Source: Candidatus Krumholzibacteriia bacterium
Lineage (GTDB): Bacteria; Krumholzibacteriota; Krumholzibacteriia; WVZY01
Direction: 5' to 3'
Assembly (NCBI GenBank): GCA_046754105.1
Contig: JBHHVD010000012.1
Location: forward strand, 1-44,757
Length of the DNA: 44,757 nucleotides
Below, piece by piece: positions 19,401-28,622 of the stretch; the stretch's first letter is position 1; every line of letters starts with the position of its first letter. The notes under the pieces are model-generated. The model was not told where the DNA came from and did no database searches. It worked only from the letters and a program-made list of their open reading frames with translations. Made by a program: the position numbers and the translations under genes.

Positions 19401-20098
19401 GCCACAAACCGCCAAACCCACGGCGACGAGTCCGTCGATATCCCGATCCAGAGCTTTGCCGTCTGGCTCCCATTGTCGCGGGCGGCGACGGTCATGACGA
19501 AACGGTCGTCGAAGGTGTCGTAGGCGACCCGCGGATCAAAGAATGTACTTACGGAGTCCGAAAACCAATCGTTGAAGGTCTGGGTAGACAACAACGTGCC
19601 ACACCTGTCATAGAAGAAAAAGCTGGAGTTCGCGACCCCGACGATGTGAAGCTGCCCCACCGCAATATCGGGCGATGCCGGGATAACGCCCGTATCATCG
19701 CTCCCGGGGAACGAGTTGATAAGCGGTGTTAAAGGCGGTAGGGCGGCGGGTTCGCCTCCCACTCCCGGGGCCGCCGGCAGCGACTTCGCCACAAACGGTC
19801 CGCCAAGGCGTGCTGCGCCTATGTCATGGCGCGGATCGGCCGGGGCCGGACGACCCGGTGCGGGCTCGACCCTCGGCACTTCCACCCGCACGACCGAGGT
19901 GAGTACCTGCCGGGTGCTCGCCGGGACGGGAACGCCGCCGGCGTGCGGGCCCGAAGTGGCGGAAACCGGCGCGGCATCGAACGCGGGTTTCGAATCCGCC
20001 GATCGGCGCGAGCTCGTGTGATTGGGAATGAGTACGAGAAACGTGACACCAATGAGAAACCAGAACATCCGGTGAGCTTTACGGGCGCAACAGACCAT
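16463..20098 (-). CDS. large secreted protein: N-terminal propeller-like domain, BACON/Ig-like domain, three internal beta-sandwich repeats, C-terminal sorting domain (1211 aa)
   Basis: SD GGAGG; hydrophobic N-terminus; three repeats GxYITA...AR(I/V)YxAxGTTRxxLxxG...(V/I)P(I/V)...DY; ends HPNP...VYDVAGRRV...AGVYF...RKVTVVH. Confidence 0.85.
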   Translation of the reverse strand: MVCCARKAHRMFWFLIGVTFLVLIPNHTSSRRSADSKPAFDAAPVSATSGPHAGGVPVPASTRQVLTSVVRVEVPRVEPAPGRPAPADPRHDIGAARLGGPFVAKSLPAAPGVGGEPAALPPLTPLINSFPGSDDTGVIPASPDIAVGQLHIVGVANSSFFFYDRCGTLLSTQTFNDWFSDSVSTFFDPRVAYDTFDDRFVMTVAARDNGSQTAKLWIGISTDSSPWVWRFVASGFAGNWPESPDVGVDANAIYVPANVWNFAPPTFLHGQVSVVDKAALMAGGSVLNTTFSPLTNPGDGSPAQAIRAAVMHTWEGTYWLANSKPAGGDFLTLWGVTGAPAAPVLTSYNIPTGIAYTPPPDCVQPNTQLVDMGDARLGNAVYASDTLWTVHATGGPTGGFRLVRAFQVATSTQSLVTQYGIITGGVPTLYPGYPSIEFDVDGNGIVSFLTGGPAHYMSAAYIGIKRDGFSLNFDFFGAGDADYSHGGSQPWRWGASSAVARDPIDNASLWMVGAVASSNPTPSWDTQIAATSYQAPGILTVTPTGPVPFVSTGLETGPFTPQEAEYILSNAGASTLGWQLTGTDWWDVPDKTGGTLFPGQVDTVRITIDALGFIPAGTYLDNYTFEDCSIGGAVLPFSTELTVGIDGSCPGAILDMFPPFVPKIGVDGGIEVGTYITAMKDMNVCALGMAADLVLPQVVTARIYEADGTTRIGLLAEGTLTAVQPGDLVHYVPIGATLKACQDYNISFEFGAVNTWRWWSESSLGLPVDVDGAIRVRDAEEAGNPATDRLPYLSLISEAPTSTQASFLIPPGLNPPACSDATTERGVYITAARTTTLSWIAWHADLGSSPLPQELTARVYEATGTTRGPLIATGTAFQVWPQLLFWKTIPIACQLIEGQDYDIVVEYPPGVTWTCVDETGITLPFTVDDAFIVRDGELAGNASNTFLMPLLLAWSPVTAGASFHLAKPGVYPPPSVEVQPNFDYGMYVTALTDEHLYSLGWRADVPAGAVIGARVYQAAGTTRGALITSGTMLSSGPGTRWHDIPVSAELSAGSDYDFEIDITQVNEWRFWTDSSGMPYQPYGVITVVDGEQGGNAANFTLIDMRMNACDAVATGITDPKPVRPPTFSLSLHPNPTSARATLAFSLDAPEPVTITVYDVAGRRVATLLQNETRPAGPGTVQFDSRTVAAGVYFVKMQTPTKSLSRKVTVVH

Positions 20099-20137
20099 AA
20101 CATGCCTCCAACGGTTGGTGGGACGGCGTGTGGTTGT

Positions 20138-20179
20138 GACCTGCGTGGTAGCCCGTCACGGAGGCCGGCTATTTGCCGG
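20138..20179 (-). ncRNA. candidate structured leader motif, diverged copy 3
   Basis: Minus strand CCGGC-aaata-GCCGG, then CCTCCGTG-acgggctac-CACGCAGG. Compensatory changes relative to copies 1 and 2. Confidence 0.4.
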
Positions 20180-20212
20180 GGGGCGTGGTTGCCACCCATA
20201 TTGTTATGAATG

Positions 20213-20242
20213 ACTATACCATACGCCTACGCGGGTGCGCAA
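20213..20242 (-). promoter_or_regulatory. sigma70-type promoter of 16463-20098
   Basis: TTGCGC, 18 bp spacer, TATAGT with extended TG on the minus strand. Confidence 0.5.
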
Positions 20243-20429
20243 TCGGGGTTTGCCGCGATCGGATCGGCCGGATCGTAGCAACCGGCGTGCACAGGCACGC
20301 CCGCACAACCACCCTGGCACAACCCTGCTGCGACTGCGCAACGGTAATGCGGGGCGCTGCAACCGGCCCTACCGTAACCGCACGCCTCGATACCGCGCGA
20401 CCGCGGGCGCAACGGTACGAACACAAACC

Positions 20430-22367
20430 CTACCGTAACCATGCGTTCCGGTAGCGCTCGAGCACCGGGCGCACACGCGATAGCAGGCGCCGCCATTCCG
20501 CCGAGACCCCGGTGTTGCGTGCCGCCGCCGTCCACGACGCGGCCCCGCGTCCCGGCACCGGTGCAATGTCGCTGTCGTCGAGCACGATCAGGACGCCCGT
20601 GGCATCCCCGCCGCTCGTCATGTCGAACGGCACCGGCGACCCGCCGACTTCGTAAAACGCGGCCAGGTCAACTCCGGGGTCCAGCGACGTGTTGTCGTTG
20701 ACGTCCAGGTAGGTGCCGATGTAGTAAACCGACGGGACGACTCCGTCGGCCAACTCGCCGAGCGTAAAATCCGCGTCCACCAGGATCCCCAGCACGCCGG
20801 TCACGAAGTCGGGGTCGGGAATACCGGTCGATATGTCGAACCCCGTGGTGTCAAAGATGCCGACGTAATAGCCCAGGTCCTGGTTGGCGAAACTCTGGCC
20901 TGTATAGACCACGCGCCCGGAAGCGGCGACCGGATCGTAGAGTTGAAAATCGACGTTGGTCACGGTATTGCCGCCGGCAATCACGACGCTATCGGGCGAA
21001 GCTAGCGGCCTCTGCGTGAAGTCGACACCGTATGCCCCGATGGCGTCCCCCATTTCCGGGTCGAGAATCCCATCTCCATTCGAATCCAGAAACCCGACGG
21101 GCCAGTGGTCTCCGTCTCCGAGCCGGCCGACCGCATAGACGCCTCCGGTGCCGGCAACACCGGTTCCGTTAATCAGCATGCTGTCGCCGAGGTCGGGCGT
21201 GTTCGCGGCGATCACGATGCAGCCCGCCGGGTCCGATGCGGTGGTCGAGGCGGGATCACCGGCGATGGTGCCGGAGAAAGAGCCGGCGGCGAAGGCCGGC
21301 GCCGTCGTAAACTGGATTGTCACCACATCAGACATGATATTGCCGGCCATGTCTCTTACTACATCCGGCGGAATAACGAACAGGTACTGGGTGTCCGGCA
21401 GCAGCAGCGAGTCGGGATCGAACGTCACCGTGCCGCCCTGCCACACCGGGACGCCGTTGCTGATATCGGGGGCGATCGCGGGTTCGAAAAGCAGTTGATC
21501 GATCGGCTCGGAAAATGTCAGCCGCAACGTAACGTCCCGCGCCACACCCACCGCGCCGTCCCCCGGATTGGAAGAGACAAAAATCGGCCGCGTCACATCG
21601 AGCATCGGCATCGTCGTAAAGCTCCAGGTTGTGGTGGGCAGCGGGTTGCCGGCCACGTCCGTGGCGCCGGTCAAGGTGATCGTGTATCGGGTGTTCAACG
21701 CCATCGCGAGCGCCGGCGTAAACACGAACGTGTTGGTCGAGGCGTCGGTGGACAGGGTGAAAGGCACGCGGCCGCCCGCGTGCGTCCAGGAAAACGCGCC
21801 CACCAGGGTCTTGCCGGACATGCGCTCTGAGAACTGGACGATGACGCTCTGATTGACGCCGACACCCGTGGCGCCGCTCCACGGCGACCTGAGCACGATG
21901 CCCGGGGGCGTGACGTCCGCCGTCGTGTTGCCGGTGACGCGCCGGGTGACCTCGGCGCTCATGCGGTTGCCGCTCACATCATCGACGGCCCGGACGGAAA
22001 CGTCGTACGGCACCGCCTGCATCGGTGTCACGGTGGTAATGGTGACGGTCCGGCCGTCGGTGGATAGCGCGGCCGAGTCCAGCAGGAGTGTATCCCCCGG
22101 GGCCGGCGGGCCCGACACGTCGACCACCCGGTAGTTTTCCGTGCGCTCGGCCGATGACCGGCCGACTACCTCGTCGAACGCAATCTGGATATGATTGACA
22201 TCGACCGGCGTCACGCTGCTGACGCCCGGCGGTGTCGTGTCCGCGACCGGTGTGACTGGTCCGGCGCCGTCGTCGCTGCTGCAGCCGGGTGCAAGCACGG
22301 CGAACGCCAGGCAACCGATACAAAAGAGCACGTTCAAGAACGATGGGTTTCTCGAAGAAATCTTCAT
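20430..22367 (-). CDS. lipoprotein with SbsA/Big_5-like Ig domains (645 aa)
   Basis: Lipobox LAPG-C after a hydrophobic stretch; three DxTxP...FxE...GN repeats; DxNxDG Ca-binding-like loops; GGGGGA SD before ATG 22367. Confidence 0.8.
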   Translation of the reverse strand: MKISSRNPSFLNVLFCIGCLAFAVLAPGCSSDDGAGPVTPVADTTPPGVSSVTPVDVNHIQIAFDEVVGRSSAERTENYRVVDVSGPPAPGDTLLLDSAALSTDGRTVTITTVTPMQAVPYDVSVRAVDDVSGNRMSAEVTRRVTGNTTADVTPPGIVLRSPWSGATGVGVNQSVIVQFSERMSGKTLVGAFSWTHAGGRVPFTLSTDASTNTFVFTPALAMALNTRYTITLTGATDVAGNPLPTTTWSFTTMPMLDVTRPIFVSSNPGDGAVGVARDVTLRLTFSEPIDQLLFEPAIAPDISNGVPVWQGGTVTFDPDSLLLPDTQYLFVIPPDVVRDMAGNIMSDVVTIQFTTAPAFAAGSFSGTIAGDPASTTASDPAGCIVIAANTPDLGDSMLINGTGVAGTGGVYAVGRLGDGDHWPVGFLDSNGDGILDPEMGDAIGAYGVDFTQRPLASPDSVVIAGGNTVTNVDFQLYDPVAASGRVVYTGQSFANQDLGYYVGIFDTTGFDISTGIPDPDFVTGVLGILVDADFTLGELADGVVPSVYYIGTYLDVNDNTSLDPGVDLAAFYEVGGSPVPFDMTSGGDATGVLIVLDDSDIAPVPGRGAASWTAAARNTGVSAEWRRLLSRVRPVLERYRNAWLR

Positions 22368-22533
22368 GACATTTCCCCCGATTGCGACTGGTGATCTGAC
22401 CACAAGCGCCCTTAATAGCATACGCCAGCCGCGCGACGGGAGACAAGACATAGCTCACCGGCGGTCCGAAATTGACAATAATCAAAAAAATGTAGATACC
22501 GGCGCGACGGCCCGTTGGATAAACTCTATGTGT

Positions 22534-23616
22534 ATGATCACGCTGGCCAAGGACACGCACCGCAGGCTTCAGGGACTGACACGGCTGGTAGGTAACACGC
22601 CGCTGCTGGCGATCGAGTTTTTGTTTCGCGGCAAGAAGCGGATCCTTTACGCGAAGGCCGAGCATTCGAACATGACCGGCAGCATAAAGGACCGCATGGC
22701 GCTTCACATCGTCCGGCAGGGTTACCAGAGGGGCATCCTGAAGCCGGGCAATCCGATCGTGGAGGCGACGAGCGGCAACACGGGCATCTCGTTCGCCGCC
22801 ATCGGCCGAGCGCTCGGCCATCCGGTGACGATTTTCATGCCGGACTGGATGAGCGCCGAGCGCATCAACCTGATCCGCAGTCTCGGCGCGTCGATCCATC
22901 TCGTCTCGCAAAAAGACGGCGGTTTTGTGGGAAGCATCTGGCGCTCCGAGCGGTTCGCAGAAGAGACCGAGGGCGCGTTTCTGCCCCGCCAGTTTTCAAA
23001 CGAAGACAATATTCGAGCCCACTCGCTCGCAACCGGGCCGGAGATATGGTGGCAACTGAAAGCCCACCAGCTCCGGCCCGACGCTGTGGTGGCGGGCGTG
23101 GGCACCGGCGGCACGATCATGGGCGCCGGCAGTTTTCTGCGAGAGCAAAACCCGGACATAAAGATCCATCCCCTGGAGCCCTCGAACTCGCCGACGCTAT
23201 CGACCGGACACCGGGTCGGCAAGCACCGCATCCAGGGGATTTCAGACGAGTTCATACCCGCCATCGTCGACCTGGACGTGTTGGATAAGGTAGTCTCCGT
23301 GGACGATGGCGACGCGATCCTCATGGCGCAGAAACTCGCGCGAGATATGGGAGTCGGTGTCGGTATCTCATCGGGCGCGAACTTCCTCGGAGCCCTTGCG
23401 GTTCAGAACGAAATGGGAAGTGACGCGGTCGTCGTAACCGTGTTTCCCGACGACAACAAAAAGTACCTTTCCACGGACCTGCTCGGCAGGGAACCGGCGC
23501 AGGACGGTTTCCTCTCACCCGACGTCGAACTGCTCGGATTCCGTGTTTTCAACCGCGTGTGCGACATTTGTTCCGACCAGCTAGAGTCCACCCAGACCGC
23601 ACCGTTGGACCTGTAG
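22534..23616 (+). CDS. PLP-dependent cysteine synthase/CBS family enzyme
   Basis: GNTPL, TGSIKDR (PLP lysine), [22 protein letters not shown]. Start uncertain (22528 or 22534). Confidence 0.92.
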   Translation: MITLAKDTHRRLQGLTRLVGNTPLLAIEFLFRGKKRILYAKAEHSNMTGSIKDRMALHIVRQGYQRGILKPGNPIVEATSGNTGISFAAIGRALGHPVTIFMPDWMSAERINLIRSLGASIHLVSQKDGGFVGSIWRSERFAEETEGAFLPRQFSNEDNIRAHSLATGPEIWWQLKAHQLRPDAVVAGVGTGGTIMGAGSFLREQNPDIKIHPLEPSNSPTLSTGHRVGKHRIQGISDEFIPAIVDLDVLDKVVSVDDGDAILMAQKLARDMGVGVGISSGANFLGALAVQNEMGSDAVVVTVFPDDNKKYLSTDLLGREPAQDGFLSPDVELLGFRVFNRVCDICSDQLESTQTAPLDL

Positions 23617-23784
23617 AAATAACCGGAGTGCCGCACCCTGCCGGTGTTACGATCGACCTGAGCCCTTAGCGGTGCCGTTCCGGAAGTTGGTTTGTCGTTC
23701 CCGTGTGTGTCTTCGCGGATTACCCCCGCCGTGCTCGGTGACGCTGGGCGCGGCCAGTTCGGTAGGCGGATCCTGTCGGCGGGA

Positions 23785-24432
23785 TCAGGTGCTTGACCGC
23801 CTGCTCCTGGACTTCAATGGCGCTCGCATGCCCGCCGCGACGAAGGCGATGAGTCTGCGCTGTACGCCCTTCGGATCCTCTTCGAACGACTTGATCCGTC
23901 CCCCGGGGAGATCGACCGACCGCGTGTCGATCAACGTGTTTGACGCCGTTCCCAGCAGGAAGTAAAACCGGTAGGCCAGCTCGCGGGCAGGGAGCTCCGG
24001 GAGCAATTTCCGCAACGTATTGAAGAAGCGCCGCAGCATCGCCTCGTGGCGCTCGCGCTCGACGTCCCAGTGCAACCCCGGTTCCAGCCGGGAACGGGCC
24101 ACAAACTTCGGCCAGGCCGCCCCGCCTTCGTCCTTCAGCATCAGGGCGCCGCCCGGTCCGATGAACGCCTCGATCACGCTCTCCAGTGTCAAGTTGCCAT
24201 CACTCTCCAGTTGCTCGAGCAGCTCCAGTCGTTTCGTATCCAGCGGCCGCACGCGCCGGGAGAGAACCGCCCGAAACAACTCCTGCTTGGATTTGAAGTA
24301 ATAGTGGATCGAACCCAGGTTCACGCGCGCCTTGCCACAGACCTGGCGCAGGGATGTTGCCGCGTAGCCCTGCTCCGCGAAAAGGCGTTCCGCCGTGTCC
24401 AGGATCCGTGTTCGTGTGTTCGCTCGAGCCAC
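23785..24432 (-). CDS. TetR/AcrR family regulator, PsrA-like (215 aa)
   Basis: RILDTAERLFAEQGYAATSLRQV...VNLGSIHYYFKSKQEL HTH; C-terminal LIAFVAAGMRA; GTG 24432 with SD GAAGGGGG. Confidence 0.92.
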   Translation of the reverse strand: MARANTRTRILDTAERLFAEQGYAATSLRQVCGKARVNLGSIHYYFKSKQELFRAVLSRRVRPLDTKRLELLEQLESDGNLTLESVIEAFIGPGGALMLKDEGGAAWPKFVARSRLEPGLHWDVERERHEAMLRRFFNTLRKLLPELPARELAYRFYFLLGTASNTLIDTRSVDLPGGRIKSFEEDPKGVQRRLIAFVAAGMRAPLKSRSRRSST

Positions 24433-24453
24433 GAGTCCCCCCTTCGGTACGCC

Positions 24454-24482
24454 ATAATACACGAAATCGGTCGGTCGTCCAA
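24454..24482 (-). promoter_or_regulatory. sigma70-type promoter of tetR
   Basis: TTGGAC, 17 bp spacer, TATTAT on the minus strand, ~20 nt above the GTG. Confidence 0.55.
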
Positions 24483-24592
24483 GCAAGAATTGGGCGTCGG
24501 GACGGCCCAATAGACTCCAGAGGGTCAGAATAGGGGGCTAGGAGCAATAGGCGACCTCGGGGTTTCCACGGGTCGTGAATGCGATTCGAGGC

Positions 24593-24621
24593 TTGACATT
24601 TCGGGAGGGTTAGGGTATTAT
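24593..24621 (+). promoter_or_regulatory. strong sigma70-type promoter of 25003-28149
   Basis: TTGACA (24593-24598), 17 bp spacer, TATTAT (24616-24621). Implies a ~375-nt 5' leader. Confidence 0.75.
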
Positions 24622-24905
24622 TTAGTCATTCGTACGACTTAGTCTGGTCAGTCGTCCATGTACATCCATATAGCAATTCCCTTGTTCGAATGCCCAGGTA
24701 ACCAGACACAGGAAGAAACCGAGTGCAAATGCCGACCGCTCAGCGCTCGTAGAGTGCTCGAGTCCGTGCTCAGGAGCTACTCAACGTGAGCTACACATAC
24801 ACCCCTGGGGCGCAAAGGAGGTGAGGCGTTTGCCGCTTCGGGCACTGTAATCACTTCTTCGCGTGCTTCCGGCCTATTACGCGGAGGCAACGGTAAATCA
24901 TTCAC

Positions 24906-24995
24906 GGAATTCGCGTGTTCTTCAAGACTTTCCCCCATCGTTGCTGAGAAGGAAAGTGAATGCGCGAATTCCACTCCTTCTCAGCAACAAGGGGA
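24906..24995 (+). promoter_or_regulatory. leader RNA with two interleaved long helices next to the SD
   Basis: 24906-24920 pairs with 24958-24972 (13 WC + 2 GU). 24940-24953 pairs perfectly with 24975-24988. TCCCC (24931-24935) pairs with SD GGGGA (24991-24995). Confidence 0.65.
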
Positions 24996-25002
24996 CAACA
25001 AC

Positions 25003-28000
25003 ATGAAGAAAACGTTAGCAATTTCCCTCTGCGTCCTCTTTGCGATGACATTGTTTAGCGCAATGGCATTCGCCAAGAACGTGCCGGGAACAAGGTACAA
25101 CTTCAAGGAGATGCCGAAGGCCGCCCCTGGCCCCGCGGATGCGCTCCGCGGGCCGACGCTGTCCGCAGCGGCAGCCGACACGTTCAACCTCGGCTGGTTC
25201 AGCTTTGACGTGGCCGGATCGGGCAACGCACAAGGATGGACGTCGGTCGACTTGAGCGACCAGCCTCTGTTCTGGCACGTGGCCTCCGGCGCCGGCGAGC
25301 TGACCGGTGGTACCTTCGGCAGGCTATTACCCCTCGACGGCAACAAGTCGGTGTGGTGCGGTGTCGCCCCGACCACTGCCTCTCCGTTCTGCGGCTGGGC
25401 CGCTCTTCCGGGTTACGGTAATAACTGGGATCAGATCCTGGTCAGCAACACACTGCCCGGCGACAGCGTTCGCGCCAGCTACAAGGTCTTCTGGGATTCC
25501 GAGCCGGGTTACGACGGCACAACGTTCGAGTACTCGGGCGATGGCGGCGCGACCTGGACCTCGTTCCCGGTGGCCGTAGGTCTGACCGCCCGTCCGAACA
25601 TCTACGACCTCGGTCCGACGACCCTGGTCGAGACGTTCACGCAGGGCGGCATGTCCACGGTGAGCCTCCGCTACCGGTTCTCAACGGACGGCGCGTGGTC
25701 GGACGAAGACGGCTTGTGGCCGACTGACGGCGCTATCCTGATCGATAGTGTCTCGGTCGACACGTGGGCGGCCGGCATTCCGGCGTCCAGCAACTTCGAG
25801 GGCTTCGAGAGTACGGCCGATGGATCGAATACGGCCGGTATCTGGAGCGCCACCATCCCGGCGCCTTTTGGCAACTTCGGCGCGCTCTACCCGGGTGTTA
25901 CGATCCTGCAGGAAGACCCGTGCTTCACGGATTTCACCTACTTCTGGGGGTGGTTCGACGATCCGACGAGCACGAACTACACCTGTCACGTACCGGATCC
26001 GCGTCCGGACGTCGGCACATTTCCGTTCGGCACTCCCCAGGGTGTCTACCTGAAAAACGAGATCTGGTCGCCGGTGCTGCCCAACATCGGCGCCGGAACA
26101 CAGTACCAATTGCAGTTCCGGACCTATCGCGACCTGCCGCTCGACAACCTCCAGTTCTACGTCTGGAGTGTGCGTGACGTCGATGCCACCGGTTGCCCCG
26201 GCACCTGGAACAACGACAACTTCGTGTTCTTCGGCGGCCAGAAAGACTGGATCCGGGGTACGTTCGAGGTCGGTGTTCACGTTTCTCCGACGACTCCCTC
26301 GCTTCAGGTGTCCGTCGGCGCGGTTGACCAGTGCGGCGTCTGGTGCAACATCTTCGGCAGCGGCGCCTGTCACAGCCATGCACCGCTGATCGACGAGGTC
26401 CACTTGAAGCGCATCAACGTGGTCGGACCCCAGTTCGTCGTCCGTCACATCGATCTCTTCCAGGACAACTTTGCAACTGATGGCACGCTGACCGGCACGG
26501 CGGTCGCGAACTCCGCGAACGACGTCGCCCCGAACGCCAGCCCGACCATCCTTCCGGGTGACTCGGTGACGATGGATATTACCAACATCGGCGTCGACGC
26601 TTTCACCGGCGAGGGCCCGGCGGGTTACGCCTATGTCGCCGTGTGGCCGCAGGGCCAGACCGGCAAGGCGGGCGTCGATATCGAGGCGCCGGAGACCCGC
26701 GCAGACATTACCGCTGCCGGCGGCAAACGCTATCCGCTCGTTGCCAGCCCAATGTTGGGTGGCGTTCAGTGGTACCAGTTCCGTTTGGATAGTGCGTTCA
26801 CCCCTGCCGGCGCGACGCTGGCCGACCGCTGGGCGATCGATTTCAACGACAACCTCTTCACGCCCGGCGACACCATCTGCTACTTCTTTGGAGCGGATGA
26901 CGGTCTCGGCAACGCGACGTTCTTCCACCGGACCCTGAACGGTCAGGGCCAGAACAACGTCACGCAGGACATCAACGAGGCTGCGAATTCCCCGATGGAA
27001 TTCACGATCCTTCCCGCCGGCGGCAACACCCGGGGCGGAGACATCCTCTACGTGGATGACACGGATGACCGTGGCGGACCCGCCGAGTTGTTCTTCGACA
27101 CGGCGTTCGACTACCTGCAACTGCGGGATAAGATCGACCGTTACGACGTCCTCGGTCCTTCCTCGGGTGTGTCGAACAGTCTCGGTGCCCGCGTGAAGAA
27201 CGTGGCAACCCAGATCATGGGTCCATACCGGAAGATCTTGTGGAACTCGGGTAACCTCTCGGCCGACCTCATTGCCGACGGTGGCACGGTTTCCGGAGGC
27301 GGCAGTGCGGATAAGTCGCCTGACTTCGCATTGATCTTCCAGTTCCTGGATTCACATCCGAACAATCCGGGTTTCTACTACAGTGCCGACGACGCCGCTT
27401 TCGACTGGGCGACCGTTCTAGTCGGTGCGTCTGCCGTCAATACGCGGTCGATCTACATGAACTTCGGTCTGGATCCGGCGGCTCCGAACGGCGATCACAA
27501 GAACGCCGGCGAGCCGATCTCCCCGATCCTCGACGCGGTTGGACTGATTGGCAGCGCGACCTCGGATCAGCTGGTGGCGTACGGTGGCTGTGCGTTGATC
27601 AACGACTTCGATCTCCTCACCGCGACCGGTCTTTCCGTTGCCGAGTTCAACAACCTGGCGACGGGCAAGACCTACGTCCTGAGCCAGATCACGCCGAACT
27701 CGGCGGGCAGTACTGCACGGTTTGTGCTGTCCGGATATAGTTATCACTATGTCCGCGACGTCGGCGCCGCGGGAGCGATCCCGGCGCGTGTGACGCACCT
27801 GCAGCACATTCTCGAGTTCCTGCAAAACGTCGTTCCGACACCGACGGGATTCGAGCCGCAGCAGTATGCGAACGTCTTGAAAGCGAACTATCCGAACCCG
27901 TTCAACCCGACCACGACGATCGGGTACGAGATCAAGGATCAGGGTCATGTGTCCCTGAAGATCTACAACGCGGCCGGACAGTTGGTCAGGACGTTGGTAA

Positions 28001-28149
28001 ATCAGGTCCAGGCACCAGAGGTAGGAGGCTTCTCGGTGACATGGGACGGCAAGAACAATGCCGGTCAGACCGTGTCCTCGGGCGTGTACTTCTACAAGCT
28101 GGTCGCCAGTAGCTTCACGCAGACGAAGAAGATGGTTCTTCTGAAGTAA
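25003..28149 (+). CDS. large secreted protein with jelly-roll (MAM/immune-inhibitor-like) segment and C-terminal FlgD/T9SS-like sorting domain (1048 aa)
   Basis: Sec signal MKK...AFA; DSEPGYD...LRYRFSTDGAWSD...IDSV; ends NYPNPFNPTTTI...IYNAAGQLV...WDGKN...SGVYFY...KKMVLLK. Confidence 0.88.
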   Translation: MKKTLAISLCVLFAMTLFSAMAFAKNVPGTRYNFKEMPKAAPGPADALRGPTLSAAAADTFNLGWFSFDVAGSGNAQGWTSVDLSDQPLFWHVASGAGELTGGTFGRLLPLDGNKSVWCGVAPTTASPFCGWAALPGYGNNWDQILVSNTLPGDSVRASYKVFWDSEPGYDGTTFEYSGDGGATWTSFPVAVGLTARPNIYDLGPTTLVETFTQGGMSTVSLRYRFSTDGAWSDEDGLWPTDGAILIDSVSVDTWAAGIPASSNFEGFESTADGSNTAGIWSATIPAPFGNFGALYPGVTILQEDPCFTDFTYFWGWFDDPTSTNYTCHVPDPRPDVGTFPFGTPQGVYLKNEIWSPVLPNIGAGTQYQLQFRTYRDLPLDNLQFYVWSVRDVDATGCPGTWNNDNFVFFGGQKDWIRGTFEVGVHVSPTTPSLQVSVGAVDQCGVWCNIFGSGACHSHAPLIDEVHLKRINVVGPQFVVRHIDLFQDNFATDGTLTGTAVANSANDVAPNASPTILPGDSVTMDITNIGVDAFTGEGPAGYAYVAVWPQGQTGKAGVDIEAPETRADITAAGGKRYPLVASPMLGGVQWYQFRLDSAFTPAGATLADRWAIDFNDNLFTPGDTICYFFGADDGLGNATFFHRTLNGQGQNNVTQDINEAANSPMEFTILPAGGNTRGGDILYVDDTDDRGGPAELFFDTAFDYLQLRDKIDRYDVLGPSSGVSNSLGARVKNVATQIMGPYRKILWNSGNLSADLIADGGTVSGGGSADKSPDFALIFQFLDSHPNNPGFYYSADDAAFDWATVLVGASAVNTRSIYMNFGLDPAAPNGDHKNAGEPISPILDAVGLIGSATSDQLVAYGGCALINDFDLLTATGLSVAEFNNLATGKTYVLSQITPNSAGSTARFVLSGYSYHYVRDVGAAGAIPARVTHLQHILEFLQNVVPTPTGFEPQQYANVLKANYPNPFNPTTTIGYEIKDQGHVSLKIYNAAGQLVRTLVNQVQAPEVGGFSVTWDGKNNAGQTVSSGVYFYKLVASSFTQTKKMVLLK

Positions 28150-28177
28150 GAAGCCGCTGGTCGCAGGACCCGGGAAT

Positions 28178-28205
28178 TGGGGCCGGTTCTCACGAACCGG
28201 CCCCA
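28178..28205 (+). terminator. stem-loop after 25003-28149 (terminator-like, no U tract)
   Basis: TGGGGCCGGTTC-tcac-GAACCGGCCCCA, perfect 12-bp stem. Confidence 0.6.
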
Positions 28206-28215
28206 TACGGATAAC

Positions 28216-28295
28216 GGAGCAGAGACCCAATCCATCCCCGGCCACAGACTTTAGCCTCCGTGGTCGTCGACTCTATCGTACGGGGTCTCTGCTCC
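28216..28295. other. long intergenic inverted repeat
   Basis: GGAGCAGAGACCC (28216-28228) and GGGTCTCTGCTCC (28283-28295) enclose an inner GGCCAC/GTGGTC stem. Confidence 0.55.
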
Positions 28296-28457
28296 AGTCT
28301 TCAGGCACCAATGGGCGCGACAGATGCCTCCGCACGGGCACGCTCCATGCGGTGCTGCCGCGGCCGCGGCCTTTCTACCTCACCGTAAAGTACGTGCTAC
28401 CTCTCCGGTATCGCCGCAATCCCCCGCCGGAGGTTCTTGACGTTCGGTGCGTCATTC

Positions 28458-28483
28458 TGCAACTTTTCTCCTATACGGTCGTA
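28458..28483 (+). promoter_or_regulatory. ECF-sigma-type promoter
   Basis: TGCAAC-N16-CGTA, close to the SigW-type TGAAAC-N16-CGTA. Confidence 0.45.
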
Positions 28484-28622
28484 TGACTATGTATGCCACA
28501 AACGACGGCCCGTCAAGGGGCGAGCAGCCGAATGCGCGGGCGATCAGGCGGACGATGTTTTCCACAATGCTGTTGAGGGGGTATTCCGCTACATCGAGCG
28601 ATCTTACCAGAGGAGTCGGAAA

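Noticed and set aside
20300..20330. sigma54 promoter (TGGCAC...TGC)
   Set aside because: GG to GC spacing is 9 rather than 10, and it faces no gene start.
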